Origin: Rubrobacteraceae bacterium
Lineage (GTDB): Bacteria > Actinomycetota > Rubrobacteria > Rubrobacterales > Rubrobacteraceae
Length of the DNA stretch: 64,000 nt
Assembly: GCA_965219175.1 (NCBI GenBank)
Contig: CBDCNI010000001.1
Coordinates: 94,026-158,025 of the forward strand
Reading direction: 5' to 3'
Positions 43,296-50,740 of the stretch are shown here, piece by piece. A program made the position numbers and the translations under genes. The notes under the pieces were generated by a model. It was given only the letters and a program-made list of their open reading frames with translations, did no database searches and was not told the origin of the DNA. Within the stretch, counting starts at the first letter, position 1. Each line of letters starts with the position of its first letter.

Positions 43296-44132
43296 TTATT
43301 TGACATTCACTCCTCCTGCATGCGCCTTCCGGATCGCATCTCCAATATCGAGCCAATGCAGCAAAAGGAGACGCATTCCGCGATCCCTTGCAGAGGAAGT
43401 ACAGTGTTTTTCTAGGAAACCTTGAGCCGCAGCCGGCTTGCTGAGGTCTCCAAGTTTCTGCGTAAGTCCTTCTTCCGTAAGTTTGTGGTCGTGGCGTTGC
43501 GCAGCGCCACGGTTTACTGCACCCGCCGCGCTATGATATGTACAATAGAAGATGGTTCCATCTGTAATTTCAGTGTAAACTTCTGTGGTGAAACGTTCTC
43601 TGAACTCGCTCCAATGCTGACTGATAAAGTGGGCGTCAAATAATGAGTTTGCCGCAACCTCACCACACGCAACAACTACTTTGGGTGAGAGCAGTTCGAT
43701 CTGCTCTCGCAGAACGTGATAGCACTGCCTCTGGGCTTTCCGCATATGCTTTCGATGTTCTTTCGGAGCACCGTGCATGATCGCGTTCGTCCAGTAGTGC
43801 CTACCAAGATACGGGTCGTGGCTTTCACCGGCGTCTCGCGTAACAGCAGCTTTCCAAAGCTCTAGCCAGTTCTGTGCAGTTTTGTCTTTGTGCTCTTGGC
43901 TGTTGTGGACAGCGCACAATCGCTCGGTCTTCTCAGGGGTGGTGTTGGCTGGATCTTGGGATATAGAAACACTAACTGCGTCGGAAGACGACTTGTAATC
44001 CACGCCGTGTTCACGGCAACTCACACCGAAAGCTACGTGATAAGACTTCAACTCGGCTGGGCTCCAAGGACACGACTTACAGGATTCGAGATTGCCCTGT
44101 TTGGCCTCATCAAGAAGCTCGAAAAGTTTCAA
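43296..44132 (-). CDS. divergent uracil-DNA glycosylase superfamily-like protein
   Basis: N-terminal CKSCPW. YWTNAIMHGAPKEHRKHMRKAQRQCYHVLREQIELLSPKVVVACGEVAANSLF and FYCTYHSAAG parallel the family-4 UDG layout (N-V-x-K-C-R-P...C...L...QI...P..I..LG..A, then HPS/HPA), but no GEAPG-type motif A is visible. GC is low relative to the flanks. Confidence 0.4.
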   Translation of the reverse strand: MKLFELLDEAKQGNLESCKSCPWSPAELKSYHVAFGVSCREHGVDYKSSSDAVSVSISQDPANTTPEKTERLCAVHNSQEHKDKTAQNWLELWKAAVTRDAGESHDPYLGRHYWTNAIMHGAPKEHRKHMRKAQRQCYHVLREQIELLSPKVVVACGEVAANSLFDAHFISQHWSEFRERFTTEVYTEITDGTIFYCTYHSAAGAVNRGAAQRHDHKLTEEGLTQKLGDLSKPAAAQGFLEKHCTSSARDRGMRLLLLHWLDIGDAIRKAHAGGVNVK

Positions 44133-44205
44133 TCCTGCCCCTCATATCTTTAATCCCTACCGGGAGAGAACTATAGCAACATGCAAGAAGCTGCGCCAGC
44201 AAGAA

Positions 44206-44240
44206 AGAGGCCCCAACACAGTAGAAGTATCGGGGCCTCT
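44206..44240 (-). terminator. hairpin terminator downstream of trxB
   Basis: Perfect 9-bp stem AGAGGCCCC (44206-44214) / GGGGCCTCT (44232-44240) with a 17-nt loop, 29 nt after the trxB stop. Confidence 0.5.
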
Positions 44241-44268
44241 GCTAATCACGCATGTGCCTTCTAGTTTC

Positions 44269-45330
44269 TCAGGCGGCGCCTTGTTCCTCGTCCTCTTGGC
44301 TCAAGCCGTCAGGATTCTCGTCTTTCTCAGCAGTCCAGGTACCTGGGTCTTCGGCCTGCTCGGCTTCGCCCTGGTCTTCCATCCACCGCTCAGCGTCTAT
44401 GGCCGCCCGGCAGCCGTCGGCGGCGGCGGTGACGGCCTGCTGGTAGCGTCTGTCGGAGACGTCGCCAGCGGCGAAAACGCCCGGCACGCTCGTCATGGTG
44501 TGCTCGTTCTGGAAGATGTACCCTTCGTCGTCGGTCTCGACTTGTCCGGCGAACAACTTCGTGGCCGGATCGTGGCCGATGGCGGCGAAAAAGCCTTCCA
44601 CCGCAAGTTCTTGCTCTTCGCCGGTCTTGAGGTTCTTGATGCGCACGCCTTCTACGGAGGTGTCGCCCAGGATCTCCTCTATCACCGTATCGGTCATGAA
44701 GGTGGTCTTCGGGTTCTTGCGCGCCCGGTCCAGCATGATCTTGGACGCACGGAACTCTTCGCGCCTATGGATAAGGATGACCTCTGAAGCGTACTTCGTG
44801 AGGAACAGCGCCTCTTCCATCGCCGTATCACCCCCGCCGACGACCGCGACCTTCTTCTCCTTGAAGAAGAACCCGTCGCACGTCGCACACCCGCTGACGC
44901 CGCGGCCCATCAGGCGCTCTTCGCTCTCCAGCCCGAGCCACCTGGCCTTCGCGCCCGTGGCGATGACGACCGTCCGGGCCAGAACGGGCTCTTCGCCCTC
45001 GGGCCACAGCTTGAACGGCCGCTCCGAGAAGTCCACGCGCTCCACGTTGTCCGGGCGCATCTCCGACCCGAACTTGGCCGCCTGGGCTTCGAGGTCGTCC
45101 ATCATATCCGGCCCCATGACGCCATCCCTATAACCAGGATAGTTCTCCACATCGGAGGTGAGCATGAGTTGTCCACCGCTCTCGAACCCCTGAAACACGA
45201 CCGTCTTCAAGTTCGCCCGCGAAGCGTAGAGAGCCGCCGTGTAACCCGCAGGCCCCGAACCGACTACCGCAACATCGTAAGTTCTATCCGCCATACTCAA
45301 AACTCCTCCATTATCAAAGCTCACTAACAT
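44269..45330 (-). CDS. trxB: thioredoxin-disulfide reductase with acidic C-terminal extension
   Basis: GSGPAGYTAALYA, redox-active CATCDG, GGGDTAMEEA, AAGDV. There is an extra tail of about 40 aa rich in Glu/Asp. Confidence 0.95.
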   Translation of the reverse strand: MLVSFDNGGVLSMADRTYDVAVVGSGPAGYTAALYASRANLKTVVFQGFESGGQLMLTSDVENYPGYRDGVMGPDMMDDLEAQAAKFGSEMRPDNVERVDFSERPFKLWPEGEEPVLARTVVIATGAKARWLGLESEERLMGRGVSGCATCDGFFFKEKKVAVVGGGDTAMEEALFLTKYASEVILIHRREEFRASKIMLDRARKNPKTTFMTDTVIEEILGDTSVEGVRIKNLKTGEEQELAVEGFFAAIGHDPATKLFAGQVETDDEGYIFQNEHTMTSVPGVFAAGDVSDRRYQQAVTAAADGCRAAIDAERWMEDQGEAEQAEDPGTWTAEKDENPDGLSQEDEEQGAA

Positions 45331-45477
45331 ATTTTAGTACATCGCTTTCACCGTATAGCTCAAACGTTCACACGCTTGTTCACACGCTGTTCGATGGCTG
45401 CGGCCTCATGAGTAGCATTATACGCGTACTGCTTCGCGGGACTATACTAACCGGAAGTCTAGAAGGGAGAAACCGCT

Positions 45478-46041
45478 CTGTCACGCGCGAAGATACTGGC
45501 TATTCTTTGCCTCTCCGCTGTAGTTTTCCTAGTCTCCTGCGGCGCCGACGACAAACCGCCGGACTCGGTAAAGAGCCTAACCCGGAGCGTGCCGTCCGCC
45601 TCGACAAACCAGGGACGTATCGGCCCCCAGGAGACTAACGGGGGTGCGGGGTCCACCAGCACGACGGTGCCAAAAAAAGAGACCCTGACGCAGAAGTTTG
45701 CCGGCATCAGGGTGGGCTCCTTCGAGCGACCGAGGAGCGTACCGAAGTACACCATTCTGAAAGAGACCAAGAGCAAGGACAAAGAGAAAGACGTTCGCGT
45801 AATGCGGCTCCTGGTTGACACGCAGGTTCACAAAAAAGCAGGCTTCACGCTCATAGTAAGAGACCTGAAAGCCCGCTACGCTCGCTCCGACGCCATCTCC
45901 GTGGAGTTCACCGATACGACCGTCGCCTTCACCGACAACGGTCGCGCGCTCATCTTCAACACCCCGGCCGCCGCCTACTACATGGGCTACGTCTATGGTC
46001 CGCCAAACGCCAAAGGCTACATCGTGGGGACCGCCGACTGA
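45478..46041 (+). CDS. lipoprotein of unknown function (probable non-canonical CTG start; canonical GTG only at 45589)
   Basis: The frame is open from 45463. Codons 45478-45540 encode LSRAKILAILCLSAVVFLVSC, a textbook lipoprotein signal with lipobox LVSC. AGAAGGGAGA (45461-45470) lies 7 nt upstream of CTG 45478. Confidence 0.6.
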   Translation: MSRAKILAILCLSAVVFLVSCGADDKPPDSVKSLTRSVPSASTNQGRIGPQETNGGAGSTSTTVPKKETLTQKFAGIRVGSFERPRSVPKYTILKETKSKDKEKDVRVMRLLVDTQVHKKAGFTLIVRDLKARYARSDAISVEFTDTTVAFTDNGRALIFNTPAAAYYMGYVYGPPNAKGYIVGTAD

Positions 46042-47153
46042 GCTTTCAGCGCTAGATCCCTGGCGGCTTCCGGCGTGTCCGCGAGCGCGGTGACGTGGCC
46101 CATTTTGCGCCCCGGTCGCGCCTCTTCCTTCCCGTACAGATGCAGCTTCACGCCCGGCAAAGAACAGACCCTCGCCCAGTCCGGCTCCCCGTTGGCCCAG
46201 GCATCCCCCAGCAAATTCGCCATCGCCGCCGGCCGGGTCCGCTCCGTACTCCCCAGCGGCAGCCCACAGACAGCCCGGAGCTGCTGTTCGAACTGGGAAG
46301 TGGCCGCTCCCTCGATGGTCCAGTGTCCCGAGTTGTGGGGACGGGGGGCGATCTCGTTGACGAGAAGCTTCTCTTCGGTCGTCACGAAGAACTCCACGCA
46401 AGCCGTCCCAATGACCTCCAACGCCTCGAAGATGGCCCGTGCTATCTCAACCGCCTCCCGCTCCACTTCCGGCGACACGTCGGCCGGCGCAACGGTGACA
46501 TCGAGTATGTGCCGGTCGTGTGTATTCTCAACTAGGCCGTAATGGGCGAAAGAGCCGTCCAGCCCCCGCGCCGCCACCACCGAGACCTCCTTCTCGAACT
46601 CCACCCAGGACTCAAGGACCGCCTCGCCGCCAAGAGCTTCCCATGCGTCATCCAGGTCCTCCGCGCCGGTCAGCTTCGTCTGCCCCTTGCCATCATAGCC
46701 AAATCCCGCCGTCTTAAGCACCGCCGGGACCCCGATCTCACGCAGCGCCACATCCAGCGCCTCCCGTCCCGGAACCTCCCGAAACGGCGCCACCGGGAAA
46801 CCTCCATCACGGAGGAAAGTCTTCTCCCGCAGCCGGTTCTGCGCCGTGTGCAGCGCCTTCATACCGGGCCGCACCGGCACTGCGGCTGAGACCTCTTCCA
46901 CGGTGGCCGCCGGGATGTTCTCGAACTCCAGCGTCACCACGCTCACGCTCCGGGCGAACTCCCCCACGGTATCCAGATCTCCGTAGGCGGCACTCCATTC
47001 CCGGTCCGCCACCTGACCCGTCGGGCTGTCCGAGTCCGGCGAGAACACGTGTACCCGGTAGCCCATCCGCCGCGCGGCGAGCGACAGCATCCGCCCGAGC
47101 TGCCCGCTACCGAGCACCCCGACCGTCGCCCCTGGCAAGACAGGCCCGCTCAC
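46017..47153 (-). CDS. purK: 5-(carboxyamino)imidazole ribonucleotide synthase
   Basis: ATP-grasp protein with N-terminal [13 protein letters not shown] and [12 protein letters not shown]. Overlaps purE by 4 nt. Confidence 0.95.
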   Translation of the reverse strand: MSGPVLPGATVGVLGSGQLGRMLSLAARRMGYRVHVFSPDSDSPTGQVADREWSAAYGDLDTVGEFARSVSVVTLEFENIPAATVEEVSAAVPVRPGMKALHTAQNRLREKTFLRDGGFPVAPFREVPGREALDVALREIGVPAVLKTAGFGYDGKGQTKLTGAEDLDDAWEALGGEAVLESWVEFEKEVSVVAARGLDGSFAHYGLVENTHDRHILDVTVAPADVSPEVEREAVEIARAIFEALEVIGTACVEFFVTTEEKLLVNEIAPRPHNSGHWTIEGAATSQFEQQLRAVCGLPLGSTERTRPAAMANLLGDAWANGEPDWARVCSLPGVKLHLYGKEEARPGRKMGHVTALADTPEAARDLALKAQSAVPTM

Positions 47154-47650
47154 GAAAGCTCCGAGTCGAGGACCTTCCGTGCCTGCTCCTCCCGGAACTC
47201 GTGCAGCTTCTCCCGAAGCTCCGGGCGTCTGTTGGCGAGGATGGCGACGGCGAGCAGGGCTGCGTTCGTAGCTCCGGAACGGCCTATGGCGAGCGTGCCG
47301 ACCGGAACCCCGGCGGGCATCTGAACGATGGAGAGCAGCGAGTCCTCACCCGAGAGCGCCCGGCTCTCCACCGGCACGCCGAGCACGGGGACGATGGTGT
47401 GGGCGGCAACCATCCCCGGCAGGTGGGCCGCGCCGCCGGCCCCGGCGACGATCACCTCAAGCCCCCGCTCCTCCGCCTCCTTCGCATAAGAGGCCATGAG
47501 ATCCGGCGTCCGGTGCGCCGAGACCACCCGAGTCTCATGCGCTACCCCGAACCGCTCCAGCGTCTCGGCGGCGTGTCGCATCGTCTCCCAGTCGGACGCG
47601 CTGCCCATGATCACCCCGACTATAGATGCTCTGTTTTCGGTCTGCTCCAA
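47150..47650 (-). CDS. purE: 5-(carboxyamino)imidazole ribonucleotide mutase
   Basis: [30 protein letters not shown]. Confidence 0.95.
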   Translation of the reverse strand: MEQTENRASIVGVIMGSASDWETMRHAAETLERFGVAHETRVVSAHRTPDLMASYAKEAEERGLEVIVAGAGGAAHLPGMVAAHTIVPVLGVPVESRALSGEDSLLSIVQMPAGVPVGTLAIGRSGATNAALLAVAILANRRPELREKLHEFREEQARKVLDSELS

Positions 47651-48030
47651 TGACTCATCCTAGCTTCGTATGCGCACAGCGTGAATCCTACACGAGAAGC
47701 ACGCGATTAAAAGATTACGTAGGCAACACAGACGAGCTACGCAGAAAGATCGAAGCGGACCAGTTCGAGTTCTCCAGGCATGCTGTTGACCAGAGCATTA
47801 TGCGGCGTATCAGCGTACAAGAGGTACGCGAAGCAATAGCCCACAGTGAGATCATCGAAAACTACCCGGACGATAAGTATGGACCAAGCTGTCTGGTCTC
47901 CGGCACGACAACCGATGAAAGACCCCTGCATATACAGTGCAGTTATCCTTCTCGCCCAATTGTTAAAATAGTAACGCTCTACGAACCAGACTCGGAACGC
48001 TGGATAGACTTCAAGAGGAGAGTGGAATGA
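47650..48030 (+). CDS. DUF4258 domain protein (putative RNase-type toxin)
   Basis: [45 protein letters not shown]...RPLHIQCSY...IVTLYEPD matches the DUF4258 pattern. Overlaps the next ORF by 4 nt (ATGA). Confidence 0.7.
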   Translation: MTHPSFVCAQRESYTRSTRLKDYVGNTDELRRKIEADQFEFSRHAVDQSIMRRISVQEVREAIAHSEIIENYPDDKYGPSCLVSGTTTDERPLHIQCSYPSRPIVKIVTLYEPDSERWIDFKRRVE

Positions 48031-48251
48031 CAACCGGACAAGAAGAAAGACTGGTTGAACAGAGAGTGACCTACACCCTGGGGATGAGCGGCAAATTCTA
48101 CATCGTCGAGGACGTGCCCGCGCGAGTAGACGAAGAGACGGGCGAGCAGTTCTTCGCGCCCTCCACGGTCGAACGTTTACAGGAAATCATCTTGGGCCAA
48201 AGAGAGCCTAGCAAGATGATCGAGACGTCTGTGTACAGATACAATAAATAG
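48027..48251 (+). CDS. YgiT/MqsA-N-terminal-like small protein lacking the zinc cysteines (putative antitoxin)
   Basis: RVTYTLGMSGKFYIVEDVPARVDEETGEQFFAPSTVERLQEII parallels YgiT-type zinc-finger proteins (VTY..G....ENVPA.VC..CGE.YFS.E). Both Cys pairs are replaced. Confidence 0.5.
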   Translation: MTTGQEERLVEQRVTYTLGMSGKFYIVEDVPARVDEETGEQFFAPSTVERLQEIILGQREPSKMIETSVYRYNK

Positions 48252-48285
48252 CAAAAATCAGAGAGGACAATAAGGAAAAACGCTA

Positions 48286-48990
48286 ATGAACAAAGTTAGT
48301 CCAGAGAAGGTGAAAGAATCTTTCAAAGAACAGCTTGATGAATTGAGTGAGTTTCTCAATCGTATGGTTGATCAGATTCAAGGCACACATAACGAAAAAG
48401 CGGATTTAAGTCAACTGGCACAAAGTGTTTTTCTGTCACATTTTGTTGCTTACGAAGTTATGGTCTCTGATTTGTTCATTAGCTACATCAGCAAAGATCC
48501 CTCTCAGCTCCAAAACGAGTACGAAAAAAGAATAGGTGACTCTATACACAGTAAGTACGGTTCTGCGTGGAAAGATAATATTCAATTCAACAAGCGTAAG
48601 GCAATTCCTTATGCAGAGGTACAAACACTGGTGGATTCAGAGGGCAGAAATCTGTCTTTCAAAGATGTTAATGGGATGAAACAAGAAGCGCACCACCTAT
48701 TAGCACCTAAATTCTGCAACAGGATTCAGAGTATTCCAGAAGTAGATTGTAGACTGTTGGACACAGCCAAGGCCATCCGGAATTACATAGCTCATCGCAG
48801 CCCTTCATCGCGTGATTATATGAATCAGTTGCTATTAAAAGTCGACCAACAAGATATTAATTCCGGACTTGGCCGCGGCTCTGGAAAAGAAGTAAAGTCA
48901 GCCGGCACCTTCTTGAAAGCTAAGGTAGATGGGAAACCAAGAGTGCAGCTTTATATGGATCGCCTTCTACAGATAACCGACAGAATGTAG
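48286..48990 (+). CDS. HEPN-like protein (Rx4H motif), Abi/RiboL-PSP-HEPN-like
   Basis: 234 aa. AKAIRNYIAHRS carries the R-x4-H HEPN signature in a helical context. It is extremely AT-rich for this genome (22 G+C of 60 at 48301-48360, against 43 of 60 at 17701-17760). Confidence 0.5.
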   Translation: MNKVSPEKVKESFKEQLDELSEFLNRMVDQIQGTHNEKADLSQLAQSVFLSHFVAYEVMVSDLFISYISKDPSQLQNEYEKRIGDSIHSKYGSAWKDNIQFNKRKAIPYAEVQTLVDSEGRNLSFKDVNGMKQEAHHLLAPKFCNRIQSIPEVDCRLLDTAKAIRNYIAHRSPSSRDYMNQLLLKVDQQDINSGLGRGSGKEVKSAGTFLKAKVDGKPRVQLYMDRLLQITDRM

Positions 48991-49074
48991 GCGATACCTA
49001 AGGTTTTTGCACACGCTGCTCAACAACATCTCAAGCATCCAGAATCTCGGCCTTCTAGTCTACAGGGAGAGAGC

Positions 49075-50076
49075 CTATTCCTCTAACCCCGGTATGAGCT
49101 CTTTCCCGTAAACCTCTAGCGTCTCCTCCATCGCGTCGTGCATGAGGTAGATGTTGAACTGGTCCACGCCGAGGTCTTTTAACTCGTTTAGCTTCGCCGC
49201 GTGGTCTTCGACGGGGCCGAGTACACAGAAGCGGTCCACGATCTCATCCGGTACGAAGTCGGTGCTCGGGTTGCCCGCCTTGCCGTGGTGGCTGTAGTCG
49301 TAACCTCCGCGGGCTTTTATGTAGTCGGTGAGCGCCGCCGGTACTTCTCCGCCCTCGCCGTAGCGCGAGACGAGGTCGGCGACGTGGTTGCCTACCATGC
49401 CCCCGAACCACCGGCACTGGTCGCGCCCGTGCGCCAGATCATCTCCGACGTAGGCCGGGGCGGCGACGCAGATTTTTACGTCTTTCGGGTCACGGCCCGC
49501 TTCTTTTGCGGCGTCGTGGACGTGTTTCATGGTCCACTCCAGGATCACCGGGTCGGCGAGCTGCAGGATGAAGCCATCCGCATTCCGCCCTATTAGGTTC
49601 AGGGCCTTCGGACCGTAACCCGCCATCCAAACGTCGAGTTTCCCGTTCTTTACCCACGGGATGCTCACCCTGTTTCCGTTCGGGACCTCTATCTCCCGGC
49701 CTTCTGCAAGCTCTTTTACGACGTGCATCGCTTCTTCCAACTGGACTAGCGTGGTCGGCTTCTTGCCGAGGACGCGCTGGGCCGAGTCGCCACGTCCGAT
49801 GCCGCAGATGGTCCGGTTGCCGAACATGTCGTTCAGGGTGGCGAACAGCGAAGCCGTTACAGATGGGTCGCGCGTCGCCGGGTTGGTGACCATCGGGCCG
49901 ACGGTGATGTTTTCGGTGGCGGAGAGCATCTGCGAGTAGATCACATACGGTTCCTGCCACAAGATATGCGAGTCGAACGTCCAGGCGTGAGTGAACCCGA
50001 GACGTTCGGCTTTTTGTGTCAACTCAATAACACGTCTCGCCGGAGGGTCGGTCTGAAACGTTACGCCGAAGTCCAT
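49075..50076 (-). CDS. LLM-class F420-dependent oxidoreductase
   Basis: Luciferase-like monooxygenase fold (FGVTFQTDPP..., GFTHAWTFDSHILWQEPYV, GPMVTNPATRDP, GIGRGDSA), typical of actinobacterial F420-dependent LLM enzymes. Confidence 0.85.
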   Translation of the reverse strand: MDFGVTFQTDPPARRVIELTQKAERLGFTHAWTFDSHILWQEPYVIYSQMLSATENITVGPMVTNPATRDPSVTASLFATLNDMFGNRTICGIGRGDSAQRVLGKKPTTLVQLEEAMHVVKELAEGREIEVPNGNRVSIPWVKNGKLDVWMAGYGPKALNLIGRNADGFILQLADPVILEWTMKHVHDAAKEAGRDPKDVKICVAAPAYVGDDLAHGRDQCRWFGGMVGNHVADLVSRYGEGGEVPAALTDYIKARGGYDYSHHGKAGNPSTDFVPDEIVDRFCVLGPVEDHAAKLNELKDLGVDQFNIYLMHDAMEETLEVYGKELIPGLEE

Positions 50077-50085
50077 ATCCTGCTC

Positions 50086-50730
50086 CTAGCTTTTTCCGGG
50101 GCCTGACACCGCCGTGATCGCACCCAGGGCCAGGTAGACTCCGCCGGAGAAGTACCGTTGGCCGCGCCGGAAACGCGCGCTCTCGTACCTGCGCTTCAGC
50201 CAACCAGCCGCCGTACCGGAGAGCAGGGCGTAGAGGCTGTCGGTGAAAAGCCCGACCACCGAAGCGGTCAGGCCGAGCGAGAGTACCTGGAGCCAGACCG
50301 GTCCGGCTGCCGGGCGCACGAACTGGGGCAGAAAGGCCAGGAAGAAGAGAGCTACCTTCGGATTGAGGACGTTTACCAACACGCCTTGCCGGAATATGCC
50401 GGCGAGGCTCCTTCTACCCGTAGTGTTTACAGTGGTGGTGTCATCTTCCCCAAACAGCCGGGAGAGGCCGAGCCAGACCAGGTACGCGACGCCCAGCCAC
50501 TTGACGATGCCGAGAGCCGCCGCGGATGAGGCAAGGAGCGCCGAGAGTCCGGCCGTCGCGAACGCGACGTGGACCAGGGCGCCGACCCAGATACCCTGGG
50601 CGGAAGCGAGCCCCGCCGCCCGGCCGCCTTCCACGCCGCGGGAGACGATGTACAGGACGGCTGGTCCGGGTATGAGCGTGAGGATCAGCGAGGCCAAGAC
50701 GACAAAGGTGAACGTTGAGGTTTCGGGCAT
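50086..50730 (-). CDS. LysE/RhtB family amino-acid exporter
   Basis: 214 aa, 6 TM. N-terminal LIPGPAVLYIVSRGVEGGRAAGL and NPKVALFFLAFLPQFV motifs. Confidence 0.85.
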   Translation of the reverse strand: MPETSTFTFVVLASLILTLIPGPAVLYIVSRGVEGGRAAGLASAQGIWVGALVHVAFATAGLSALLASSAAALGIVKWLGVAYLVWLGLSRLFGEDDTTTVNTTGRRSLAGIFRQGVLVNVLNPKVALFFLAFLPQFVRPAAGPVWLQVLSLGLTASVVGLFTDSLYALLSGTAAGWLKRRYESARFRRGQRYFSGGVYLALGAITAVSGPGKS

Positions 50731-50740
50731 CAGCGGCTCC

